From Nemertoderma westbladi (Eukaryota > Animalia > Xenacoelomorpha): 64,000 bases of DNA. A model generated the notes under the pieces. That model saw only the letters and a list, made by a program, of their open reading frames with translations. It did no database searches and had not been told where the DNA came from. The position numbers and the translations under genes were made by a program. How positions within the stretch are numbered: position 1 is the stretch's first letter; each line of letters opens with the position of its first letter. Shown one piece after another: positions 13,685-27,157 of this stretch. Location: contig JAUCBJ010007287.1 of assembly GCA_032718475.1 (NCBI GenBank), positions 1-64,000 on the forward strand, written 5' to 3'.

Positions 13685-13860
13685 GTTTCCACCTTGGTGT
13701 AGTGGTTGCATTGATTTCCAGTCTATCTGGAGGTCGTAGGTTCGATCCCTGTATGTGGGCCAAGACAGTCTTCGATTCGACACGAATGGTTTGAAGGGGC
13801 TAACCAGGGGGCATCTATGGCTTTCATCCTTAAATGTTAGCTCTAACGGTCGAAGAAAAC
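13685..13860 (+). mobile_element. tRNA-derived SINE
   Basis: Pol III A box TGGTGTAGTGG and B box GGTTCGATCCC, followed by GCTTTCATCCTT...GGTCGA; related copies at ~14988 and ~54036. Confidence 0.7.
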
Positions 13861-14987
13861 TTTATTTCTATACTTGTTTACAAGTGTTGAAAAGTATCTT
13901 AAATAGGGATGTCCCGGAATCGATATTTTGATTCCGGCCGGAACCGGAACCGGAATTCAACATGCCGGAATATTCCGGCCGGAATTCCGGCCGGAACCGG
14001 AATTTTCTATAATTAATGAAATACACTAAATGACCAATGAAACTTTATAATTTTTTGTGAACCAAACGGATTTTTTTAATTTCTACAGCTAAGTTTGCTA
14101 ATGAGATGAATCAGAACCTTGGGGGGAATTAAAGTTGGTGGAGTGGAGAATGGCCTGGCCCGTTATGGCCTATTATGGGGACGGGATGGTACTTTGGCAT
14201 TGAGCGACAGGGAATTCAATATAATTTTTTTCTAAAATCTATAACTTTGGCCAAAAGTTAGGTATTTAGCCTTTAGACTCATACCTAAAAACCTACGTTA
14301 ACCAAAAACCTATGGTTTCGCGTCATTAGGTCCTTTGGTGCAATATCCCGGTGTCTTTAAGGGAAAGGAACATGTTACAGTGACATGCATGTATGTATTG
14401 TAATAACGTTTATATTAGATTTAGGTTAGAGTAATAATTGTAATTGTGTAATACTGTTTGTAACCAAGTAACATAAACCCCCATGGAAATAAGCTGCAAA
14501 TCTTTAGGGGTAATCGTCTATGCTACGTAGGACTATACCAATCATAATATTATCATAATTAATAATTCAAAGTAAAATAATATAAAATCAATGTAAATAT
14601 TATAGGCCTAAATTCGATGTAAAATAATGTAAAAAAAATCAATGTAAAATATTGTAAGATCAATGTAAAATATTGTAAAATCATTCTAAAAAACGTCATT
14701 TTATAAGCAAATTGAGAAAAACCACTCGTGACGGCCCGTGCTCCACTGTTAAGACTTATGTAGTCTTAGTCAGACATGTTCCATCTTTTGACAATGAATC
14801 ATGTGTTATATCCGCCAAGAGGCCTGTAATTGGTTACTTTGGGTATAAATATGCAGTAAATGTGAGACACGCATCTTATTTGATATTTTTTGGAAATGTG
14901 TTCCATATGTCATATACCCATCAAGACTGCATTTAATGTAAAAAACGGGGTGGCTGTGAATTTTCCCTCGTTACATAGGTTAGTTAG

Positions 14988-15368
14988 GTTCCACCTTGGT
15001 GGAGTGGTTGCATTGAATTTCCATCTCTCTGGAGGTCGAGGGTTCGATCCCCGCATGTGGTCCAAAGCAATTTTCAATTCGGCACGAATTGTTCGAAGGG
15101 GCTAATGTGATTGTATTATGGGATGGTGTATTATTGGACTGATTAGTATGTATTGTATAGGTTAGGTAGGTATGATATAGTAGTATCTTGTTAACACCGT
15201 AGGTGCTAACAAGATACTACTATATCATACCTACCTAACCTATACAATACATACTAATCAGTCCAATAATACACCATCCCATAATACAATTAATACAATA
15301 TCACACTAAGTAGGGAGCATCTATGCCTTTCATCCTTAAATGTTAGAGCTCTAACGGTCGAAGAAAAC
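14988..15368 (+). mobile_element. tRNA-derived SINE interrupted by a palindromic MITE
   Basis: A box TGGTGGAGTGG and B box GGTTCGATCCC; aligns to 13685-13860 on both sides of 15106-15305. Confidence 0.7.
15106..15305. mobile_element. 200-bp fold-back MITE, Ginger-like
   Basis: TGTGA...TCACA termini, near-perfect ~90-bp inverted arms, 4-bp TSD CTAA; absent from the sister copy near 13800. Confidence 0.7.
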
Positions 15369-18300
15369 TATACTTTTTGTACTATACTTTTACAAGTGTT
15401 GAAAAGTATCTTACTAATTGGTAATAATGTTTAAAATAAATATAAATGTTGATAATAATTTAACAAACTAATTGCAACTATCAAACTAGTTAGGAACCTG
15501 GTAATTCCGGTAAAATTCCGGCCGGAATTGACCCGATTCCGGCCGGAACCGGAATCGGCAAAAACAGCCGAAATTCCGGCCGGAACGGAATTCCGGGACA
15601 TCCCTAATCTTAAACTAATTGGTAATGATGTATAAAAAATATACAAATGTTAATAATTTAACAAACTAATTGCAACTATCAAACTAAATATGAACCTTGC
15701 AATTCCGGTAAAATTCCGGCCGGAATTGACCCCATTCCGGCAATTCCGGCCGGAACCGGAATCGGGCAAAATTGTATATTGCCCCTTGCATATTGCAAGG
15801 GGCCGGTTCTTAAAATACTAAAGTACTCACGGCAGTACCGATGCCGTAATCGAATGACCGTCGGGTTCACTTCGTTGGATCCGCCGAATATCACATCGCA
15901 TGTGCCCACTTTTTATGCCCACAGCCCACTCTTTAACATCTCACCCGTTGGTAGGCCGGCGAACTGGTTCACTCGTGTAGGTGCGGATCCCGACTTATCT
16001 AACAAAGAAAACCAACAGTTTAATACGAAGTTCCTCGAATAAACTTCCTACCGGTAACGCAGTAACAGTAGCTGACAACCATACAAACAACCAGCTAATA
16101 ACTACCGTACTCGGCGTAGGCCTACTGCCGTATTCGGGAAATTAAACTCACTTTATCAATCGATTATACTTAGTAGAGGCATCCAATATGACCAACAACC
16201 ATCCAAAAACTACAGAAAGTGCGTAGTCTGTAAAAGCCATTGGTTTCATAACTTTAAAGTCGAAGAATTCTACGCGAAGTCGTTTCGAGTTTAATTCCTT
16301 CGATGATTCTACGTCGTCTCATCGTCTGATACTCCACAGATTATGCATACTGCGTCGAGATAGAACGGGGAAGACATTTAGATAACATTTAAGGAGTTCC
16401 AGACCGACAAAGTCCGCGAAAAGCGACCGTAATCGCATATAACCGTCGGAACGGAGCTGTCATCCGCTGCCGAATGCGGTACTAAATCGTCGCCAGCGGC
16501 CGTTCGACGGATTCAAACACCGCGATTCTTTTAGATTTTGTAGACAGTGCCAAGGGCTTCAAATTGACAGAAGCAGAATTTCGAAAAAAGCAAAAAAAAT
16601 GATTGGTCAGTGGTTCAGATTGGTCATTGGTCAGTTGAATTTTCTATCGTTAATTCAGGGCTTGTCATTGGCTTAAGCATTTCTGTATCATTAGGAATCC
16701 TGGCCACTGATTCGCTGAGAAGGCCTAACGATAGAGAAATGTTTAGCAGGGGGTGCGCGCGACTGGCGCTTGGATTTATTTATTTCTTTATTTACATTTA
16801 TTAGTATAATTAGAGACTGGGGCAGGAAGGAAGCTTGTCGAATTTACACAATTACTGTGTAAGCAAATGCAATGCAACGGCAGCCATCGCGCTGCTACGT
16901 CAATGGAGGTCTTTGGCCTTGATTCTAATTTAAGGAACATTGAAACTAATTTCTAATATAACAACAATTTAAAAATATTCCAAATGATGTTTTTTTGAAC
17001 TAGTTGTTAGTGTAATAATAGGCCCTGCCCTACAAGAACAAGACTCAGTCTGGGACACTACCACAACACTGCCATGTAAATCCAATCGCTGTCCATCCAC
17101 AAAGTCAAGCAAGCTCCATCCACTGCTCTGTCAATCACATAGCGACTTGGCCATTAACAAAAGCAAGTTCTCGGCACGAATCTGAGTTCAAAGGCTTGCC
17201 GCAGTTATGAGAGATGTAAACTGTTACCTTGAAATCATTTCAATGTCATTTCAATATGAGGCAGAAAGTCTGGAATTTAGGTGCGTCGATTTCAAAGTCA
17301 TTCATTTCAATACGCCATCAAAGTCATTTCAATGTCAATGCTACTTTCAATGATATTCTATGGACACATTTTGATCAAACTTTGATCAATGTTTGATCAA
17401 AGTTTGATCAATGTTTGATCAAAGGAATGCTTTTTGAGAGCGGGACTGACTGTACTATTGTATACTTGTGAGTGTGAAGTGGGATGGATGGGCGGGTTTT
17501 CTGTTCATCTCCTATTTGTTTTCGCACCCCCCCCCCCCCCCCCCCCCATCAGTCGCTATCATGCCTGAGGTTTCTTTACCAAAATTCCCCTCCTCCTACT
17601 ATCTCACTTACACCCACCTCCTAACACACGCACCTATTGTTCGTTCGTTCATGAAACAAACTGCAGTACGATAGCCTATATTAGAAAGTACATTATATTA
17701 TTCTCTAATTATACGAAAACCGTCTGGCCCAAAATACATATGAGTGAAGGCGATGATATCAGTTTGTGATAAACTAGTTTTAAAAATATAATAGAGATTC
17801 ATTTCAGTTTGCCCTTACACAATTTAACTGTCATTTATAAACCTTCTAACTAGGGCTATTTCAGTTAAGCATGACATTTTTAGTTTTACAATACTCTTCA
17901 CCTTTATTATCCTCGTTGCGCTCGTCATGTTTTTTCTTAAAATGATTTTCCTTTCAATTTTCCTTAATGACTATTCGAAGTCTCGAAACTGAGAGTAACT
18001 GCTGATTTATGACAGATGAATACCCGTATCCACTGTAAAATCGTTGCGTTCGTTCGTTTTTTTTAACCAAACTGCCGATTCTTTCTAAACTTTTGCCGGA
18101 CTACATACATACCAAGTTTCGTTTAATTTCATCAAGGAATAACTCAGTTATTAGCGATCAAATATTTATGAAGACGACGACAGACAACTCGTTAATGGTC
18201 CCCATATGCTAAGGCTTCGCTCACTTCGTGGCTCGCCCCACTATACAGTATCATAACAATAAGGGTAATTCGTATATCGCCTAATGTATTGCACCACACA

Positions 18301-18688
18301 GTTACGCTAGAGAGCATATTCCAGGAAATATAATCAATACTAACATTAATTTTTATGTATATATTTAACAGCAGGATACCTTATTCTATCTACAAAATTA
18401 TGTGAAGTAATTCTTTGTGTTAACCATTGTAATAATCCACTCACCACCATACGTATCATACAGTACTTACTACATGGGATAAATTCTTGCGGGGAAAAAT
18501 CAATGTTACAAACACCAGTATGACATTGAGACACATTGCAAAAGCAATATAATATAGGCATACTGTAGTGGATAATCATCTCATATAATGTAATATATTA
18601 TCATAGCTGGTGAATAATTTTATAATACAGTAGTGAATAACTCTACAATACCTACTGTATAATATTGTTAGGGCCTGAGCTGTCTACA

Positions 18689-18918
18689 ATGCATTTAATC
18701 ACCTTTCTTCTGGGAGTGGTCTGGGGGACCCCTCTAGTGATGGTTTGGACGAGCACTCCAGTATATTGTATCTCTGGGTGCACACCGGAGATTTGGTTGT
18801 ACCAGGACGATGACCAGTCAGGCTTATCCAAAGTGTACTCGACGACAACCGACACCTCGCAGTTGACATCTGAGGACATGAATGACATTGTCTCTTCCGT
18901 AAGAGTCCTCTGTGGAAT
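18689..18918 (+). CDS. Host gene coding exon: secreted beta/gamma-crystallin-domain protein, N-terminus
   Basis: Hydrophobic MHLITFLLGVVWG start, then Greek-key-like IWLYQDDDQSG...MNDIVSSVRVLCG; ends at AT|GTGAGT donor (phase 2). Confidence 0.7.
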
Positions 18919-19110
18919 GTGAGTGTAAATGTGGACCATTTGGACATTATTTTATGTTAGAACTTTTTACCTCACGAATTGTAAATCTTTTGAAACTAAT
19001 GCTTTGTTTTTTAACGATATTAAATTTGGAAGGCTCTGCCTAATGAAATAAAACACCTAGATAATCAACATTCTTTTAAATCGACAGTTAAATCTCCCCT
19101 CGGTGGAGAG

Positions 19111-21743
19111 AGGGCTGTTGCGCTGTCAGTCAGAGAGGTAACAGCCCATGGGGTAAGGATTTACCTCTGGGACCTGTATTAGGCAAAATAGCAGTAGCTG
19201 TGTAGGCCCACCAGTACTGTGCACGGTACAAGACCCGAAATTTAGCCTACATCTGTAAATAATACACGGTTTCGCGGTACAAGACCATATAAATTAGACC
19301 ACCATCTGTAAAATGCTCGCGTGAGTTCAGGTGTTGCACAGATGTCAGGATGTGCTGATTCTATATCATGCACTAGGCCTAACGGATTCTGGTAGCCTGG
19401 AACTACAGTAGACCACTACAAAAACTGATGCGACAGAGCAAGGTACAGTTAGCCTAATATTTCTCGGAGGCTGGTCCGATAACACTCAACGCATTGTTTG
19501 GTTGGACATTGACATTGCATTACAGTGTACATTATTACATACGGATTAGTATGGATTGAGAAATTGGATATATTTGGACGTCAATGGATGGATAGGTTTG
19601 GTTTGAGAAACTAATATCACGTAGGCCTACCTAATCATATCTTTGCGTTAATTATTACTAGATCCACTGGCCCCCAGCCACATTCAACAAACCATCATTG
19701 CCGGGGGGCACTCAGCTGAGGGGGCGGAGCGCATTAAAAACTCTAAGTATCACGACCTAATGGACCGGGGCCATTTCTTTCACCCCGTGGCCTTTGAGAC
19801 CTTTGGCCGCCCTGGTCCAGAGACATCCACCTTCCTCCGGGAGATCGGGGCTCGTTTCCACAGTGCCACCCACGAACCGCGGTCACACCAGTTTCTGCTC
19901 CAGCGCCAGGAGATGGCAATTTTGGTTGGTAATGCAGCCTCAGTCATGGGGACAGCAACCACGCCGACCATCGGTCTAGTCGGGGACTGAAGAGCCGAAA
20001 CCAATCGAAATGGTTGCCAATGGAGTCACCAACGGCATGACGGCCGAAGATATTCAATACTCTATCTTATGCAATCTTAAATATCCAATGTTCGATCCCT
20101 AGATGGGGCAGTACTGTTTGGGCACAGTACTGCAGCCTAGCCCAACCCCGGCTTTCATCCTTCAGTGGTCGATTGGGAACCAAGGCAACTTGGGAAACAG
20201 AGTGGAAGGGTTTACTGTGGAAGATCACCCATGGTGGTGAACATTCCTTGGCTTAACGAGCCTAAAAGATTCTCCCATTCAAATATTCAATTCGGTACTG
20301 TACCTTCAATTCAATATTCAATCTTAGTATTATTTCTGTGCTTCGTTATTTAATAATGTGATTAGATAAAAAAATAAATTAATGAAATAAAATTCATCTG
20401 TTAATTATTACAAAAAAAAAATCCAACATTATATTAACATTTATATGGTTATATAGTTTTGAATTAAATGTTTCGAAATCAACAGTCATTCAATAAACTT
20501 ATACAGCAGTGTCATATCGCGTATCCCTTGGTTTAATCACTATTCTTTATTCAGTATAACTGAATCCTGGCCCGCCGCCTTCACCCTCCACTGATAATTT
20601 AAAATCGTAACTCATTCAATCTTTGACTAAATTATACCAAACTTGGTAAACATGTAATCTTGTCTATCGGTTAAAATAAACACAACTTGCTAAAGTTTCC
20701 CCTATAATGTTTAATCCTATAGAACAGGATGCAGTTTTATTTCAGTAGTAAACAAGCTGTTATTTGCGTCGATTTTTACCTGGAGAGGGAAGAATATTGA
20801 TTGCCCCCTCCCTCCCCTACTTGCAGTTAAGTGAAAATATTTCGGCACCATTTAATTTTATTATCACGGTCGCACATCAAGTAGTCTGTCAAAAGATACA
20901 ATTCATTATAAACATAACAAAATTAATTATAATAATTCTAAAAATATAAGGCAGATTATCCTAAAGTTAGCTCTTTAGTCTTTAGAAATCTTATACATTG
21001 ACAAGACTTATAAAATAATTGATGTTGAATAATTATTATTAAGATTAAAATATATTATTAGGAATTCGAAGAAAGCAAATTGTATTGAGTTAGTCTAACT
21101 TTAGAGTAGCCTTGTTCGCATTGTTCCAGGTTTAGGCCTATAGATTCCACCGTCTTCGTTCCAGGTTTAATACTGTAATAGACTCCGTTATCCGTCTCGA
21201 TCGCTTCGCTATGCATCATCTTAGGGCTGTACTGGGTTTAATAAACTCCATCGCCTTCCTGTCGTTCTTTGTTTTGTAGATTACTTCGCCATCGTCTGAT
21301 CGTTTTGGTTGTGTGTTTAATACTGTAATAGTCTCCGTCGCCATCGTATCGTTCTGGATACATTGAATAGACTGCATTGTCCATCGCGATCGTTTCATTG
21401 TTTACGTTTAATTGACTCCGTCGCCTCCTCGGATTATGGATTAGGAATCCGGCCGGGTTTCGTAGATTCCGCCATCGTTCAGCAGATCAGTGCTTTTAAT
21501 CAAAGCCAGAATTCCGGCACCGGCACCACGACCAACGATTTCGGAAGTAACAGACTCCGTCAACAACACTCGGGGTTTAAAAAATACAACTATTATCGGC
21601 AACTTGTAACTGGGCGATCATCTATCTGATAGTTGAAAAAGACTGTCTGACAGTTGGTATCAGACTATCTGATAGTTAGCGCCCCATGGGTAAATCCTTA
21701 CCCCATGGGCCGTTACCTCTCTGACTGACAGCGCAACAGCCCC
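19111..21743. mobile_element. Putative DNA element bounded by 55-bp inverted repeats
   Basis: 19111-19165 is the inverse of 21689-21743 (AGGGCTGTTGCGCTGTCAG...); no clean TSD. Confidence 0.5.
19660..19990 (+). pseudogene. CRE-clade non-LTR retrotransposon fragment (restriction-like endonuclease C-terminus)
   Basis: AERIKNSKY...FHPVAFETFG..G...LLQR...AILVGNAASVMGT. Confidence 0.7.
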
Positions 21744-21982
21744 TATAACAGTATAGCCTCGGTGTGCAGTGTGAAAGTAGTAATTACAGTAAGTACAGTC
21801 ATATAGTACAGTAGTAAGTTATTATTAGATTAATGGTAATCTACTATCTGACTATACAGTACTGCAGTACAGTAAGCCGTATGCTGTTTTAAGTTTTATA
21901 AATTACTGTACATATGTAGGCCTACTGTACGGGGTACAGTACAGTTCAGTAGGGCCTACTGTATATGCTTTGTGGGGCGAGC

Positions 21983-22447
21983 CACGAAGTTGGCGGAGCC
22001 TTAGCGAATTGACACTGTTAGGGGGTGGGTCAATTTATGCAAATAGTTGTCGTCGTCGTTGTCGTCGTCGTTGTCGTCGTCGTCGTCGTCGTTACGATTT
22101 TGACATGCTAATAACTTTGTCGGATTTAAAGCTGCCAAGTTGAAAATTTGTAGGTATCAATATGAGCAAAAGTTGAGATTTTTGAGAGACTTTCAGACAC
22201 CATCAGTGCAATGGTCTCCCGCTAGAGGGCCACATGTCTAAACATTAAATGCCCTCCCATTTCTTTGCTTTTAATCCGTTTAAGCTGAAACTTGGCAGAT
22301 ATGTATTAGACCATTAGCTGTGACTTTCAAAGGAGGCGAATCCATCTGCAGTTCTCCAGTCTGCCGCTAGAGGGCCAACGTGACTATTTGCATAAATTGA
22401 CCTACCCCCTAACAGTGTCAATTCGCTAAGGCTCTGCCAACTTCGTG
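21983..22447. mobile_element. Non-autonomous element with 65-bp inverted repeats and a (GTC)n tract
   Basis: 21983-22047 is inverted at 22383-22447; a related end lies at ~18208-18240. Confidence 0.55.
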
Positions 22448-24206
22448 CTGCGCGAAGTCCCCACTTCGTGTTGGACAATACCTACAGTATAATGATATCC
22501 AACTTTCGACTGATAATCAAAATAAAATGGTCCCACGAGCGGTTACGTCTCACCTAAAGAAATATTCAACATTCACAACAGTCTTAATTTATCATTAAAC
22601 CATTTCTCGTTCTGAAGATTTTTATGAAATGCATCAACGACTGGTTTTTACGTTGATGTTGTTTAGATTGATTTTACAATATTGTACATTTTTTTAACAT
22701 TATCGAAAACTCCCCCCAAGGTGATGATTGATCTCATTAGTAAATTTGGCTTTACAAATTTAAGAAATTCATTTATTTTTCACACAAAATTATAAATTTT
22801 CATGGGTCATTTAGTGTTTTTCACTAAATTAATAGAAATTTATGATACCTGCAGGAATTCCAGTTAGGAAGTTTCGTCGATGATGAGAATATCGAAAGCC
22901 CTAATCTGATTCCTGAGTGTTCTTCTACTGTAATTGAATATCTGACTCCCTTCTCACTACACCTCTGGATTCGGACAGGGAACCTGCTGCTGGATATACC
23001 GGTCGTGCCAATGTATAATGTTCTGATATCAACTACTGTAGTCCTACTGTGCATCTTACCAATACACCAATAATGTCTTGCAACTAGGATTTACACGTTC
23101 GTTTGGACTTCACGCAGCACAAGGCTCAGTTTTGAGACTCAAATTAAAATTTAGAATATAATAAACGCAGTACTCGTCTTGATTATAAGCATCGTTGCGC
23201 TCGTCCTGTCTTGAATTTAAATATATTTCCTAAACGCAAAATGGCGATCTTTATAACTATCAATACGTTCAATATTTTATAGGAGTATAGTCAACGCAGT
23301 ACTCGTCTTCATTATAAGGCTCGTTCAGCACGTCCTGATTTGCGCCAATATGAAGAAAATCAGGATTTCACTTTTCGGTAGACTTTTTATTGTAATTTTA
23401 TATATGAAGATTTTATATTTTTTTTAATTTATCTTTATTAAGTGTTTTATAGCGCTTATTTCTGTCTTATAACCTGTACATATACTAATTTGTTTATTGT
23501 TTTGGTTACATACAGGCCTTCTGTTCTGTAACCTGTGTTTTTGGTGAAAACCAAAAGCCCTCCACCCTCCACCCCCCCCCACCCCCCCCTAACTAATGTT
23601 AGGCCCTTACGGTCAGTTCTATACCCTGTCGGAATATGTGAAAGTTTTATTGAACTAAATGGTAACTAAAAACTTAACTTTTTGTTTTCGAGTTATTCAC
23701 ATATTGTATCATTCATTTTATTCAGTCACATTTTAACAACATGCCATTACTACATGTAGAACTCACAAACCCACCAACAATCTTTCCAAAGTACATAATT
23801 TTTCACTTCATACTGTATATTAATCTTATCTTAATATTAGTCTTATATCTATCACAGCATTCTATCTGTATTCTTTATTGACAGCTATTTATCCTACCCA
23901 TAAGCGATTTTTTGTGTTTTATCGCAAATATTTCGGATGCGACAGAGGGTGGGGTAAAACGCCTCACTATCTCTTGTGATTCGCATATGTTATAATCTAA
24001 TGCGATTTTTCACGGTGTCACTGTATAATACAATCTAGTGCGATTTTTACGCGATTTTTTCACTGGGCTGGTATTCTTCACAGGGGGATAACTGCAAAGT
24101 GAAATATAACGGCAGAGAGTCTGGTATTCTTCACATGGGCCCTGATTTGTATTTAAATATATTTCCTAAACGCAGACTGGCAATCTTTATAACTATCGAT
24201 GCAATC

Positions 24207-25403
24207 GGTGTTCGGACACTTCCCCCCCCCCGGACACTTCCCCCCCCGGACAGTTCCCCCCCGCTCAAGTAGGACACTTCCCCCCCGGACACTTCCCCCC
24301 AGACGCTTCCCCCCCGCGGACACTTCCCCCCCGACTGTTCTTAACTTCGCACATTCGTATTTTTCATTTTGTAAGGTAAACGGACCGCTTGTATCCAGAT
24401 AAGTTGTATCCAATTTTCCTTTCGTAGCTCAGAAAGTGATCTTTTGCATCCCGATTTTAAATTGTATATCCAAGTTTTTTTATAGGTTTTATCAATGCAA
24501 TTACATCGTATTGTTTGCTAATCTTTAAACAATTAATTATATTAGATGACCTATAAATTCCATCCCCGGAATGATATACTGTTTTTATTAACTATAGAAT
24601 TACAATAATTAATTGTTTTAATTATAGGTATTATTATGTAATAGTCTTCTTCAAATTGTAGCAGATGGGGATGAATATTATTATGGCAATCAAAATTATA
24701 CCTCTCCAGGGTAAAATCGACATGCGTCGACCTGTATTCTGTGTTCAGCATTACATATTGATATATATATTACTACTATAACCAATGGAAGGCAAGTAAC
24801 CAGGAAATTTAATATGTAGTGACTAATATGTAGTATTATTATACACACTACATATTAAATTTCCTGGTTACTTGCAATATTTTTAATAGGATTTTGTTGA
24901 ATTATGTAATATTGTAGTAATTTATATATTAAATTGGTTAACATTCAATACAGCTCCTACTTTAGGCTTAATCGATTTATTATCTGATGATACAAACATG
25001 AATTAAATATTTCAAAGTGGTCTTAAGTCTTTCACCACGGGCACTCAGGGAAATGCCGGGGTCTGGGGGGGATAACCCCCAAGAAAATAAGCGGGGGTTT
25101 GGGGGCGGTAGCCCCCAACAAAAGAAGCGGGGGTTTGGGGGCGGCAGCTCCCAATTAAAAGAAATTAAAAGAATTAAAGGAATTAAAAGAAAAACAAACA
25201 AAACGTTTCTTTTATAATTTTGAAAAAACTTGTCTAGATACAACTTGTCCTGTAACCATCTTTAACTTTTGTTTATTGCTTTGATGCACCCAGATTCCTG
25301 GGGGGGAAGTGTCCGGGGGGCAAGTGTCCGGGGGGGAAGTGTCCGGGGGAAGTGTCCTACTTGGGCGGGGGGTAAGTGTCCGGGGGGGAAGTGTCCTAGA
25401 TCC
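24207..25403. mobile_element. MITE with GG...CC ends and an 8-bp TSD (MULE- or Merlin-like)
   Basis: TSD ATGCAATC (24199-24206 and 25404-25411); subterminal GGACACTTCCCCCC repeats inverted at the two ends. Confidence 0.8.
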
Positions 25404-26689
25404 ATGCAATCAATATGCGAAACCAGGAATGGTTTATAGGAATATAATCAACGCCGTACTCGTCTTAATTATTATAAGCGTCGTTGCGCTATTCCTAATA
25501 TATTTCCTAAACGCAGACTGACAATCTTTATAACTATCGTATATTTAATTTAATATACCGGTACTGTTAATGCCTCAGTGTAAAAACTTACACAATTCAA
25601 ATAGGCCTACACAGAAATCCTATCAAAAAATAATAAGACTAATATTTTGAGAAATAAACAATTTTGGATATAAGACATTCATTATTGACAATCATTATTA
25701 AATCTGTCGTTTAGTTATTAACTAAATCAATAAATATACTAACAGACTCTGTATGAATATCAGTTAATATCAGTTTGAGTAAAAATGATAGCTCAGTTTA
25801 GGTAGTAATAGGAATTGTCTGAGGAAGGCAGGCAGAGAGCGATGCCACTGGCTAGCTAGGAATATAATTACCTGCTGATACGGCAATAGCCCACACATAG
25901 CACATAGCTACACACCCCATCGTAGAAGTATTCTATCAGCATACTCTAATCTGTTGGCCCATAACTAAGCAGTTTTTATGTCGTTTTAATTAATTTAGAT
26001 TAATCAAAAACACATTTAATAGATCAAATCACTTGAACTAATTAAAAACTATAATGGAATGGGGTATGGGGCTTACATTTGTATAAATTTGAAGTATAAT
26101 TATTGAAATCTTATACGATAAAATAATAAATTTCCTCTAAAAGATATGCGGCCAGTATTGATTGACAGAAGGAGATACGCAAAGCGTATCCCATTGCGCC
26201 ACATAATAGCCTCTCGTCAACAAGTAAACCCAACCGACTAGCGGCACTGGCTGTTTCAGCTGACGGGGCTCTGTCGAAAAACGCGTCCCTGATGCAGTAA
26301 GGGCCCTCTTTTGAGGAGCAATATTATTATTGCCGCGGAACTGCTTCTACACCCCCCCCCCCCCCCCCCCCTGCCCCAATGACGCAGAGGCATACCAACA
26401 ACAAACCTCTTCACCTCTACCGATGTTGGAGAGTATAAAATACCACGCATTATAGAATTCAGGATATGTTTGATCAAGCAATGCAACGAAACCTGTAAGT
26501 TAGAAAATGCATGGTCCCAATATGAGATACTAACAACCCGTCACTAACCACAACAAACGTACTGTATATAATACAGTAGCCTGTCGTATTCGCCCAAATA
26601 CGGCAGTATAACTCTGGGTTCAGAGAACGTGTACATATTGACAGGCGGCAATCCCCTGATACAGTACCAAGCATGTGTATCACTCAACT

Positions 26690-26855
26690 TGTACCTTGGG
26701 GTCTTAATTTTGTACCTGGGGGGGGGGGGGGGGGGGGGGTGGTCTTACATTTTTACCTGGGGGGGGTCTTACTTTTGTACCAAGGGGATCTTACTTTTGT
26801 ACCTGGGGGTCTTACTTTTGCACCAGGGGAGTCTTACTTTTGTACCAGAGGGGGA
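26690..26855. repeat. ~21-bp minisatellite
   Basis: Repeated GGGGTCTTACTTTTGTACC. Confidence 0.75.
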
Positions 26856-27157
26856 ATCTGAGCACTCGCACTCGAGAGCAGGAATTAAACAACGCGGCTC
26901 CTTTCCATCAATCAGTATTGTGAAGTATCACCATAAGCCCTACGCCTATGGCCCGCTAGATGGTGTAGCTATCTTGGTATTATTATGTTATGTTTTATGA
27001 TATCGGTACATCCATCCTGATTATACAGCAGTACATACATACTACGGCTTTCTGCATTGCTGCACCCTTCCCCCCTGATTAGTCATGGCACAGCTTTAGG
27101 TTTGACCTACCAACACCACCCAACTCACTCAACGCCAATCTGCCAACACTATTGAAG

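Larger units (their letters stand above)
13904..15606 (+). mobile_element. Complete hAT-like element nested in a copy of itself
   Basis: TIRs TAGGGATGTCCCGGAAT / ATTCCGGGACATCCCTA; 8-bp TSD ATCTTAAA (13896-13903 and 15607-15614). Confidence 0.9.
12651..15767 (+). mobile_element. Non-autonomous hAT-like element (outer copy, right end truncated)
   Basis: Starts TAGGGATGTCCCG and has CCGGAA subterminal repeats; resumes at 15615 after the nested copy. Confidence 0.8.

Noticed and set aside
13685-13760. tRNA gene
   Set aside because: A and B boxes are present, but I could not build a convincing cloverleaf, and the copies share a non-tRNA body, as in SINEs.
17370-17424. Cluster of TTTGATCAA repeats resembling TCF/LEF sites upstream of the crystallin exon
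   Set aside because: Indistinguishable from a short 11-bp minisatellite without functional data.
22824-23054. Possible additional exon or ORF
   Set aside because: No crystallin or other motif, and not needed for phase-compatible splicing.
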